Source of the DNA: a virus
Lineage: Duplodnaviria; Heunggongvirae; Uroviricota; Caudoviricetes
Reading direction: 5' to 3' (one strand)
Length of the DNA stretch: 64,000 nucleotides
IMG/VR virus record: IMGVR_UViG_3300032007_000008
How positions within the stretch are numbered: the first letter of the stretch is position 1; each line of letters starts with the position of its first letter. The notes under the pieces were generated by a model that saw nothing but the letters and a program-made list of their open reading frames with translations, had not been told where the DNA came from and did no database searches. Made by a program: the position numbers and the translations under genes. Shown in pieces: positions 56,209-64,000 of the stretch.

Positions 56209-56595
56209 CTATATCCTGACGAACCAGCAGTTGCTCTTGATGCTTTTCGCATCGCCCTCTAGTGAATTCTTGTCATATTCTATCGTGGCTATCGCTTCAT
56301 GCTCTCCGCAGTCTTCGCATACCCCGCTGGAAGACAGACTTTCTGCGAGTTCCTTTACGGTTATTCCTCCTTTTACATATCCGTCTTCGCACATGAACAG
56401 CAAGCAACTGCCTCCTCTGACGTAGCTATCGGAAACAGTCTTTCCGAAATCATTTGACGGCACATATTCGATGAACCTCATGAACGTGTCATCGCCATCT
56501 ATAGTTCCGTTGGCTATGAGGCTTTCAATCTTCCTTGAAAGTTCATTCGGCTTCCACATGCAGCGACTGATGTCGTCGTAAATTATCGTGACCAT
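56209..56595 (-). CDS. hypothetical protein
   Basis: 128 aa, CEDCG motif. Confidence 0.55.
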   Translation of the reverse strand: MVTIIYDDISRCMWKPNELSRKIESLIANGTIDGDDTFMRFIEYVPSNDFGKTVSDSYVRGGSCLLFMCEDGYVKGGITVKELAESLSSSGVCEDCGEHEAIATIEYDKNSLEGDAKSIKSNCWFVRI

Positions 56596-56627
56596 CTGCT
56601 TTCTTTCATCTTTCTCTGAAAATCAAT

Positions 56628-56861
56628 CTATTTTTGGTCATGACGCCCTATTAGGCTGACTATCGGAAACATTCCAATCCACCATAGAGGCCAAAACACG
56701 GAGAACAATATCGAAATGACGAAAATCGCTTCTTCTGACGCGCCCTCCATTCGGAGATTGTACTTAAACACGTCATTTCCGAAATTTCCGTATTGGATAA
56801 AGCAATACGTAAGCATTGCCAAGATAGCCCAAAATCCTACGACTGTCAATGGTGATATCAT
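56628..56861 (-). CDS. small membrane protein
   Basis: Hydrophobic, FWP motif. Confidence 0.55.
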   Translation of the reverse strand: MISPLTVVGFWAILAMLTYCFIQYGNFGNDVFKYNLRMEGASEEAIFVISILFSVFWPLWWIGMFPIVSLIGRHDQK

Positions 56862-56888
56862 TCTATATCCGTCCTCTCAATCTGTTCA

Positions 56889-57239
56889 TCACTTCCGGCC
56901 TCTTGACATCTTCGCGGAACCCGAGAAATCTGGATGCTTCCTTCTCCAGTCTACGAAGGCGTGAAATCTCTCGTTTCCCAAGAGAGCGTCCTTTGTGCAA
57001 TAGCTTTCCTTCAGCTCGTGGTTCGTGAACATGGCGTGAATCTGCGAATGGCATTCTCTGCATATCCATAGAAAGTTCGATTCATCCGTTTTCAGATACT
57101 TGTTCTTGTGGCGCGACACCTGTTGGGGAATCAGGTGATGCTTGGTGGTCTTGCATTTAAGACCGCACAGTTCACATGTGTCGGATTCCGTTGTCATTCT
57201 GCCCTTCAATCCTCTTGACGGAACGCCTTCGTAGGCCAT
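56889..57239 (-). CDS. HNH endonuclease-like protein
   Basis: CELCG...HHLIP...N....CRECHSQIH. Confidence 0.75.
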   Translation of the reverse strand: MAYEGVPSRGLKGRMTTESDTCELCGLKCKTTKHHLIPQQVSRHKNKYLKTDESNFLWICRECHSQIHAMFTNHELKESYCTKDALLGNERFHAFVDWRRKHPDFSGSAKMSRGRK

Positions 57240-57242
57240 CCG

Positions 57243-57458
57243 TCACTTTTCGAACCAGTTCCCCTGCGAGTCCATGAGGCATTTTGCTCCGCACCAGCGG
57301 CAGGTGCCTGTCATGGACGCGCCGTCAAAACCATCCGAAGTGCAGTCATGCCACCCCATGATGTCGTGACCCCATTCCTTTCTGAATATGGTGTTGGCCA
57401 GTGCCAAGAACGCAATTACAGCAAGGACTATAATCGTAAGTATTGTTGGAAGCACCAT
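57243..57458 (-). CDS. small membrane-anchored Zn-finger protein
   Basis: Transmembrane helix, GWH and CRWCG. Confidence 0.55.
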   Translation of the reverse strand: MVLPTILTIIVLAVIAFLALANTIFRKEWGHDIMGWHDCTSDGFDGASMTGTCRWCGAKCLMDSQGNWFEK

Positions 57459-57928
57459 CAGTTCAGAATCTCTTTAAGTATGGATGAAGCGAGCTTTCTG
57501 TCGATTCGGCTGCTCTCAGGAAGCTTTCCAAGCTCCTTCATGATTAGGCCGAAGTTCGCTTTCATCGGCTTGAGCATTCCGTTCGCCATGGCGTTCACGA
57601 TTGCCTTCTCGGTGTCCTCCCTTCCAAGCATCATCGGAAGAAGAACCTCGATGATTGCAAGCTCGGTCTTCTCCTTGTCCGCAAGGTCTGCCCTTCCGGC
57701 CTTCTCGAACTGCTCTATCGAGTCGTTATGGGACTTGACAGACTTTCTGAGAACCTTCTGGCAAGCCTCATCCGTTATCGGCAAGCCCTTGTTCACGGTT
57801 TCGTTCTTCACCTCGGAGAGGATGCTCCTCAAACAATCCCTTTTCAGGTTGTCCTTCGATATCATCGCTTCCCGTATCTCGTGGTTTATGATGTCTATGA
57901 GCTTCCACTCCTTGTTTTCTGTCGTCAT
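57458..57928 (-). CDS. GatB/YqeY domain protein
   Basis: IREAM.SKD...LRSILSE...SIEQFEKAGRADLADKEK.EL.IIE.LLP. Confidence 0.85.
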   Translation of the reverse strand: MTTENKEWKLIDIINHEIREAMISKDNLKRDCLRSILSEVKNETVNKGLPITDEACQKVLRKSVKSHNDSIEQFEKAGRADLADKEKTELAIIEVLLPMMLGREDTEKAIVNAMANGMLKPMKANFGLIMKELGKLPESSRIDRKLASSILKEILN

Positions 57929-57954
57929 TGTCTGTTGTTCCTTTTCGCTGTTTG

Positions 57955-58254
57955 TCAAAATGGATATGATATTCCTATTTTTAGGCACGTCTGCTCGATT
58001 TCGTCCGTGTGTCTTTTCTGCAACGTTTCAAGTTCCTTTCCATATGGAACGTCCTTGTCGAACGCGGTATCCGGGCATCCGTGGTAGTTGCGGTACATGC
58101 ACGAGAGGTGGTCGTCGCATCCGCTGTCGTGGACGTTGTTGCATGAACGGTGCTGGAAATGTCCAGGGGAAAAGCATTCCCTTCCCGGACAGTTGCGGTC
58201 GCAGCATTCGACTTCCGCATGGTTTCCGTTAGATAGCCTGCATTTTACTTTCAT
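57955..58254 (-). CDS. Cys/His-rich hypothetical protein
   Basis: 99 aa, GAGG RBS. Confidence 0.5.
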   Translation of the reverse strand: MKVKCRLSNGNHAEVECCDRNCPGRECFSPGHFQHRSCNNVHDSGCDDHLSCMYRNYHGCPDTAFDKDVPYGKELETLQKRHTDEIEQTCLKIGISYPF

Positions 58255-58315
58255 CAGAATCCTCTTAGTCTATTATGAGATATGTACTGTGTGAACAGTC
58301 ATCACATCTGAATGT

Positions 58316-58621
58316 TCATTCTCCGAACCTCTTCCTCAAGAAACCAATTAAGACGAACAGACCGACGATTAGGCATATTGAGCCTACGGCAACTGTATGC
58401 TGTACGATGACCCCAATCACGGCAACAATAAACACAAGGCATGTTACCAAAGCCACGCAGAACATGGCCAGTCCAATCAGTACGGACAGACCATATGAAA
58501 CTGGGTGCAACTCGTCTGGATTCCATAAGTCGTCCGACAGCAACACGATGTGCGGAATCATCGACAGTAAATCAAGGACGAAAAACATCCTATCTGCAAC
58601 TTTCTTTAACAGTTTCTTCAT
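58316..58621 (-). CDS. membrane protein
   Basis: Three hydrophobic segments. Confidence 0.55.
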   Translation of the reverse strand: MKKLLKKVADRMFFVLDLLSMIPHIVLLSDDLWNPDELHPVSYGLSVLIGLAMFCVALVTCLVFIVAVIGVIVQHTVAVGSICLIVGLFVLIGFLRKRFGE

Positions 58622-59043
58622 ATTGGCTCTCCGTTACCGTCATATTCCTCAAACCTCTCCAGTTCGGAATCCTCAAACCAGATTTTCTCGTAGCCATATG
58701 GATAGACAGGCCCCATGAGAGTATGGCATCCGCTTGACGAGCAGCTGTTCACGGTCTCGATTTCAAGGAGAGACCTGCCGTTCACCGAATCCAGAATTTG
58801 ACCGCGCTTTCCACGGTGATGTGCGTTTCCATTGGTCAACTTCACCCTGGCGTATTTCTTGCCAGCTCGTTCCCTCTTTTGACGCGCCTCGCGTTCCTCT
58901 TTCGTCTCCACCAACATTGTGGGGATGAATGGACAAAAAATGGTTTCGCTCTTGGCTGGCTTCCCCCTCCAACCAACCAAAACCGCATCCACTTTGCCCA
59001 TGGAGTCGGGGATTTTCAACTTGCCATTCTCAAACAACGCCAT
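58618..59043 (-). CDS. hypothetical protein
   Basis: 141 aa, AGGAG RBS. Confidence 0.55.
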   Translation of the reverse strand: MALFENGKLKIPDSMGKVDAVLVGWRGKPAKSETIFCPFIPTMLVETKEEREARQKRERAGKKYARVKLTNGNAHHRGKRGQILDSVNGRSLLEIETVNSCSSSGCHTLMGPVYPYGYEKIWFEDSELERFEEYDGNGEPI

Positions 59044-59104
59044 AGGCAGGCTCCTTCTCCCCTTTTGAACTCGCCATGGCTCTTGCCGTAGAGAAGTTCG
59101 GTGT

Positions 59105-59500
59105 GGATTTCAAGCTCGCGTCCATGCTATTCGTCAACCTTGATGAACTTCTTGTCAAATTCCTTGGACGTCCAGACCTGAGCATAACATGTTCCACGTT
59201 CCCAATCATCATATGCCGTCACAACATCTCCAATCTGGACATATTCAGGCTTGACACGTTTTACCCCTTCGGATTTGTCCTTGAACGACAAAACGCCCTT
59301 CCTCATGTTCCAGCTCCATGTCATGTTGAACTTTCTTGCGAACTCGTCAATCTCTTCCTCGTTGGAGAGATACCACCCATTTTTGTCCTTGAAGCCCTGT
59401 ATGAAGATGGCGTAGTAAATCGGGCTTTTCATCATGTATGTGTTCATTTGTCTTACTTCTCCTCGGATTCCACGTTCGCGTCCATGCTATTCGTCATCCT
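59105..59500. repeat. ~36-bp direct repeat of a stop/start junction (59105-59140, 59465-59500)
   Basis: Shared core TCGCGTCCATGCTATTCGTCA. Confidence 0.7.
59127..59447 (-). CDS. hypothetical protein
   Basis: 106-aa ORF between the junction repeats. Confidence 0.55.
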   Translation of the reverse strand: MNTYMMKSPIYYAIFIQGFKDKNGWYLSNEEEIDEFARKFNMTWSWNMRKGVLSFKDKSEGVKRVKPEYVQIGDVVTAYDDWERGTCYAQVWTSKEFDKKFIKVDE

Positions 59501-59996
59501 TGCTGTACGGAAGCTGCGCCCATACGAGCTGGCACTGAACCCCATGCTTGTACGCTTCGCAGTTCTTGCAGGGCGAATTGTCTCGCTTGCAGCAGAAATT
59601 CTCATATCTCCTGTTCTGTTCCACAGTTGTTCCGACATCGCAGTTCCTCGGATTCTTGGCCAGGACTCTTTCCAGCCTGTCGAGCATGGCCTTCGCAGAA
59701 CCGTCATCTCCGTCTTCGGCAACCCTTCCCTTGAGGTATAGCCGAACGGCCTCCATCGTCTTTCTGCATTCTGCGAAATCCTGCCCCTTCGACAGAAACC
59801 GCGTCTTAAGTCCCTTCAGCCATTCGGTGGTGCGGCACCGCGTATAGCTTCTCTGTCCGTTCGTTATCGACATGCTGACATGCCAAAGAGCGGTTTCCAG
59901 CATCTTGCTGTCGTCGTCGTTCCATCTTGTGCAGAAGTCTCCTTCCACTTCTCCGAGCTTCGTGCTCGCGTTTCTGTTTCTGACCGTATTGTTCAT
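59487..59996 (-). CDS. hypothetical protein
   Basis: P.RNCD motif shared with 60457-60807. Confidence 0.55.
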   Translation of the reverse strand: MNNTVRNRNASTKLGEVEGDFCTRWNDDDSKMLETALWHVSMSITNGQRSYTRCRTTEWLKGLKTRFLSKGQDFAECRKTMEAVRLYLKGRVAEDGDDGSAKAMLDRLERVLAKNPRNCDVGTTVEQNRRYENFCCKRDNSPCKNCEAYKHGVQCQLVWAQLPYSKDDE

Positions 59997-60190
59997 CCTT
60001 TTCTCCTTTCGGTATTTTTGGTTTCCATTTTCGCGCCGCAGTTCGGACAGAAGCGGAATTCGTCCGCAAAGCTGTCGATTTCCCGCTTCGCCTCAGAAGT
60101 GCTGTCCCATCCGGCGTATTCCGAATGTCCGCATGCCGAGCAGTATGCGTACTCGTATTCGGGTCCTGTAGTCCAACGTCCCTTTTTCAT
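59993..60190 (-). CDS. small Zn-ribbon protein
   Basis: CSACG...FCPNCGAKM. Confidence 0.65.
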   Translation of the reverse strand: MKKGRWTTGPEYEYAYCSACGHSEYAGWDSTSEAKREIDSFADEFRFCPNCGAKMETKNTERRKG

Positions 60191-60205
60191 GCTCCGCCTC
60201 GGTTT

Positions 60206-60460
60206 TCAGTATGTCTCCTCTGCCGTGAACGAATCATCGTCTCTTGCGTCGCAGCAGCTGCATCTCTTGACGCAGTAGGTTCCTCCAAGTCCGCCGTAGG
60301 ACCTCCACTCCCAGTTGTGGTGTCCCCTTATGCGGCAAACGATTCCTCCGAGCCACACCCTCAGCTTGTAGAGATAGTAATCGCCTATGTCAGAATCGGA
60401 TATTCCGTAGATGGCTACGGCTACCACTGCGACCAGTATAAGAACAATAGGAACTGTCAT
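60206..60460 (-). CDS. small membrane-anchored Zn-finger protein
   Basis: Transmembrane helix, C...GH.W and C.CC. Confidence 0.55.
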   Translation of the reverse strand: MTVPIVLILVAVVAVAIYGISDSDIGDYYLYKLRVWLGGIVCRIRGHHNWEWRSYGGLGGTYCVKRCSCCDARDDDSFTAEETY

Positions 60461-60807
60461 GCCTTTTGCGTCTCCTCTTTTGCGTTTTCGTTTTCAGTTT
60501 CAGAACCTTCCGCCGAGGCACCGTAAGCCGCCTCTTTCAGAAGCCACCACGCCATGTTGTTGACACCGTATGCGAATTCGGGATTTCCTCCGGAATACGG
60601 CGACTCGTCAACGGCTGTCTTCGAGTTTTCGTACAGGTCGCAGTTTCTTGGAGGGTTTGACGCGATTGCCTCGTTCGCCGACATCTCTATCTGCCTCAGA
60701 ACGTCCCTTGCGGAAGCGGAATCGAGCGTCTTCTCTCCGTCAAGGTACGACACGGCAAGCTCCCTTATTACAGACAGCGTGTTCTTCAATGCACCGTATG
60801 TCGTCAT
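60457..60807 (-). CDS. hypothetical protein
   Basis: PPRNCD motif. Confidence 0.55.
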   Translation of the reverse strand: MTTYGALKNTLSVIRELAVSYLDGEKTLDSASARDVLRQIEMSANEAIASNPPRNCDLYENSKTAVDESPYSGGNPEFAYGVNNMAWWLLKEAAYGASAEGSETENENAKEETQKA

Positions 60808-61097
60808 CCCTCTTCCTCCTCTGCCTTCCAGCCGTTGTTCGTCCTGGCCTCTTCGACCAGCCTGAGAATCTTTCTGCTACAGTCGTTGACCTTCAGGACA
60901 AGCTCGTAGTGCTCCTTCTGCTGTCTCTCGCTCCAGCCTTCTGAGCTTCCGTTTTCGTCTCCGAAACCCCAAAGCTCCTTTTGCGCGTCTTCTTTCGACC
61001 CCAACGCCTCAACAAGCTCCTTGAGAATCTCAGAATTGTCCCTTCCGCTTTTTTCAAAAAACATGCCTTCAAACCTCTTTTTCGTGCCGTTTTGCAA
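60804..61097 (-). CDS. hypothetical protein
   Basis: ORF in a tightly packed operon; start uncertain. Confidence 0.5.
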   Translation of the reverse strand: MQNGTKKRFEGMFFEKSGRDNSEILKELVEALGSKEDAQKELWGFGDENGSSEGWSERQQKEHYELVLKVNDCSRKILRLVEEARTNNGWKAEEEEG

Positions 61098-61098
61098 A

Positions 61099-61284
61099 TC
61101 AGAGCGTTATTCCGCCGTCGTTCGCCCTTGCGGTGGCTATCGCCAGGTCTATCTTGGCGCACAGCTTCTCCGAAGTCATGAGGGTCTCGCCGTCCCTCCA
61201 CCACACGGCTCCGCGTATGGACTCAAGGTAGAATTTCGCGTCGTCAAGCGCGTCGAGAAGAATCTGCACGTTCTTTCCGTCCAT
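61099..61284 (-). CDS. hypothetical protein
   Basis: 61 aa, GGGGG RBS-like sequence. Confidence 0.5.
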   Translation of the reverse strand: MDGKNVQILLDALDDAKFYLESIRGAVWWRDGETLMTSEKLCAKIDLAIATARANDGGITL

Positions 61285-61295
61285 CGCACTACCCC

Positions 61296-61460
61296 CTACT
61301 TCCTGTTGTCAACAAGCTCTTCCAGTATGCCGAGCAGTTCAGCCGCAGCAAGACCGGCGCAAAGAGCCGCGACGCTTCCGCCGAAGAAGCACCATGCGCA
61401 TGCCAAAATCCTTATGGCAGACTTCACGACGCTTACAACGAGATGGCCGGTGGAGTTCAT
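61296..61460 (-). CDS. small membrane protein
   Basis: Manual translation MNSTGHLVVSVVKSAIRILAC...AELLGILEELVD. Confidence 0.55.
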   Translation of the reverse strand: MNSTGHLVVSVVKSAIRILACAWCFFGGSVAALCAGLAAAELLGILEELVDNRK

Positions 61461-61566
61461 ATGCGACTTGCCGTCCTTTCCGAAATTTTCGAGTATTTTT
61501 CCATGACGGCGAGCATTATACCATCTTTCCGCCTTTTCCGCAACGGGTTTTCTTGAGAAAATCGCA

Positions 61567-62666
61567 GTGAAACCCTAAATATGGACAAAGGGTCGCATTG
61601 CATTCGACAGGGAAACGACCAAAGAAGGAAAACAAACACGATGTCATACAGCAAGACAAACAGAACGATAGCGGAGGTGGCGTAATGCTTATAGCGGGGA
61701 GAAATACGATGCTCAAAGAGGGGGGGGGGGGCTGGTGCCAAGAAATATATCCAAGATGGGCTTATTGCGATGTGGGACGGAATCGAAAACGCTGGTTGGA
61801 GAAAGCATGACGATAATATACTGACATGGAAAAATCTCGGCTCGCTTGGAAGTGACTATGACGCAACTAGACAAAGCGGTGCATGGCAAAAAGACGGAGC
61901 TATTATATCCACCGACATGGGTAATTCTACCGTTTTTGTCATTCCAAATAATATTATGGGCGGGCAAATGAAAGGCGAATGGACTTACGAAATAGGCTTC
62001 ACGCCAACGCATAAATGGAAATCGAACTATCATGGACTCTTGGGCAATCACATCAACCAGAAAGGTATAGTAGGCGGTCAATATGAAAATGGAGAAATTG
62101 TGTTCAACCTATTTTCTCCAGTCGTACAGCTTTATAGAGTGCGAGCAGATGTTTTTGAAGATAATATCAGACATACGATTTCGCAAGCTGCGTCAAATAC
62201 ATCTCGAACCGCAACTACGTGGAAAGATGGGGCTATAGTAAGTTTATCTACAGATGTGGATGTTCTTTTGACCATAACCTCGCCTTATGCCTTCATCGGG
62301 TCTGCGGAGGGCGATAGAGTAGCCGGTACAGACCGTGTTTTCGACGGTGTGATACATTTCCTGCGCATCTACAACCGCAAATTGACAGACAAAGAAGAAA
62401 AACACAACCATTCCATTGATAAGATTCGCTATGGACTTCCGTCATGACATGAGATTCATGGACTGCTGCGGCTGAAACCAGACCACAAAGCAACTCTCCG
62501 CCGCGCATTAGCCATTCCGCCAAGCGCAGATGCTTATCGAACGGCGGCGCATCACCACGCTTAAACCACGGTGAAACCCTAAATATGGGCAAAGGGACGC
62601 ATTGCGTCCGACAAGGAAAAACGAACACGATGTCATACAACAAGACGGACAGGACGATAGCGGAGG
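61567..62666 (+). repeat. ~100-bp imperfect direct repeat (61567-61677, 62571-62666) of late promoter + RBS + gene start
   Basis: GTGAAACCCTAAATATGG.CAAAGGG.CGCATTGC...AAC.AACACGATGTCATACA.CAAGAC..ACAG.ACGATAGCGGAGG. Confidence 0.85.
61685..62447 (+). CDS. LamG/concanavalin-like domain protein, frameshifted at a G12 tract
   Basis: MLIAGRNTMLKE-G12 is out of frame with AKKYIQDGLIAMWDGIENAG...FDGVIHFLRIYNRKLT..E; a G11 tract restores one ORF. Confidence 0.65.
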
Positions 62667-64000
62667 CTTACGGAAAGATGCTCTGCGGAGAGGGAAGGCG
62701 GCCGGACGAGGGAAAGGCCGAACGGATAGCCGCCGACAGGATGAAGGACGGGCTTGAGGCCGACGGCGAAGAGAGGCAGGACGCACAGACGGGGCAGGCC
62801 CTGAACGACGCCGCGCTCAAGGTCAAGGAGCTTATAGGGTGGAATCCGGTCGGCGGAGTGTGCATCGTCGGCGGTTCGTTCCGTCCGAAGTACGGCGGAC
62901 GCGGATGGAACGGAAACGGATTCGCGCCGATGACCCTTGAGCAGTTCGTGTCGTCGGCGGTGCGCTGCTGCACGGCTGAGGCTCACGATGTCGTCAGGCA
63001 GACTGCGGACATAGTAGGCTCGGAGGTCTACCTTGCTGACGAGAACACCTTCCAGGGACTCGTCAAGGATGTCATGGCCGACGGAATGACGGCTGACGAC
63101 TACCCCGAGTACTACATGCACAGCGTCGCGCTCGTGTACCACGGTCACGACGGCTCGCTGACGCTCATGGAGATTCTGAACGACTCCTACTACGGACAGC
63201 AGCCCTTCCTCTTCGAAGACCCTAGGGGTCGCGACTTCATACTTTCCAAGATTCTCGAAGCCTATCCGTTCCTCAGGCCGTATGCCGACAATTCCGACAG
63301 GCGCTTCATCGGCTTCACGCTTCCTCCGTCCCTGTCCAGGGACATAGAGGGCGCGGTGGCGAAGAGGGGGCAGAGACAGCCTTCCCTCGCCGACAGCGAA
63401 TGGGAGGAGAGGAACGTCTACGACAAGTTCGACCCAAGAACGGGAGAGTACGACACGCAGTACAACATCGACGTGAGGAACGCCTACAGGGACAGGTATG
63501 GCGACGGCGATGGAGACGGCAAAAAGGAAACGGGAGGAAAGGTCTCGGAATCGTCAGCCCCATACGGGGACGACGACAGCATAAGGGACGTTGCCGCATG
63601 GTTCGGAGAGTGGCTTGAATCCTACGAGGACGGAAGCGAGACTTTCGCCGGAGACCACGGCTGGATTCTGAAAAGGCTTCTCAAGATAAAGGATTGGATG
63701 TACGCCAAGCTCGACGAGGAGCCTGTCGAGGGGGAGATGTCCGAATCGAGGGGTTTCGTCAGGAAGCTCGCCAACGGATGCTCGCTCCACGACCTCGGAG
63801 ACGTTTTCGTGGTCACGGACAGGAACGGAAGGAACATAGGGCAGTGCAGAACGGAAACCGAAGCCGAAGGCATAGCGGAAGAGCAGTCGGAAAGGTGGGA
63901 GCTTAAGGACGGCAGGCACATACCGCCTTCCGCAAACCTCTCAGACCCCGAGGAGAACCGATATTGGCAGAAGAAGTACAATGCAGCCAAGGACATGGAA
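62630..64000 (+). CDS. large late protein with RTIAEAY N-terminal motif (runs off the right edge)
   Basis: ATG 62630 MSYNKTDRTIAEAYGKML... after CTAAATA and an AAGGA RBS; GC3-rich frame with no stop listed before the window end. Confidence 0.7.
   Translation, partial: MSYNKTDRTIAEAYGKMLCGEGRRPDEGKAERIAADRMKDGLEADGEERQDAQTGQALNDAALKVKELIGWNPVGGVCIVGGSFRPKYGGRGWNGNGFAPMTLEQFVSSAVRCCTAEAHDVVRQTADIVGSEVYLADENTFQGLVKDVMADGMTADDYPEYYMHSVALVYHGHDGSLTLMEILNDSYYGQQPFLFEDPRGRDFILSKILEAYPFLRPYADNSDRRFIGFTLPPSLSRDIEGAVAKRGQRQPSLADSEWEERNVYDKFDPRTGEYDTQYNIDVRNAYRDRYGDGDGDGKKETGGKVSESSAPYGDDDSIRDVAAWFGEWLESYEDGSETFAGDHGWILKRLLKIKDWMYAKLDEEPVEGEMSESRGFVRKLANGCSLHDLGDVFVVTDRNGRNIGQCRTETEAEGIAEEQSERWELKDGRHIPPSANLSDPEENRYWQKKYNAAKDME

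Noticed and set aside
61641-61656. CATACAGCAA match to the scaffold motif
   Set aside because: It lies in the duplicated gene start (the other copy reads CATACAACAA) and lacks the AG...CT closing stem; coincidental.

Overview
A 64-kb piece of a large, T4-like/jumbo lytic phage genome in the standard genetic code. No integrase, rRNA or CRISPR array is visible. From left to right: (1) a tail-fibre/baseplate block at 1-14.6 kb, with two giant KQ-repeat fibres (one tipped with BspA-type LRRs) and a gp5/gpV-like spike; (2) accessory and metabolic genes: thyX, SLOG, permuted NlpC/P60, a nucleotidyltransferase, a ferritin-like protein, a nuclease, a P-loop kinase, GroES and ClpP; (3) an ~8-kb RNA array at 27.0-34.85 kb plus a satellite at 39.2-39.85 kb, holding 40 hand-folded tRNAs for all 20 amino acids, a tmRNA and many non-canonical RNAs; (4) DnaK, two DNA methyltransferases, a radical SAM enzyme and a phosphoesterase; (5) late-promoter genes that share an N-terminal R-x-x-I-x-x-A-Y motif, together with a WGR-PARP, a GNAT/zincin protein, an ArdC-like protein, a 2H phosphoesterase and a KpsC-like protein; (6) many small genes, then a poly-G-frameshifted LamG gene. 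The most striking signal is a family of 13 RNAs interspersed among the tRNAs. All share a covarying closing stem and a CAGCAA motif: (A/U)AG-N7-CAGCAA...CU(U/A)G. Their payloads are tRNA parts: circularly permuted tRNAs with loop-closed acceptor stems, isolated anticodon arms, or an anticodon-less permuted tRNA with alanine identity. The array is driven by rrn-like promoters with boxA and is bracketed by a perfect 17-bp leader/trailer complement 7.5 kb apart. All RNA folds and protein family calls were made by eye; no database search was run.
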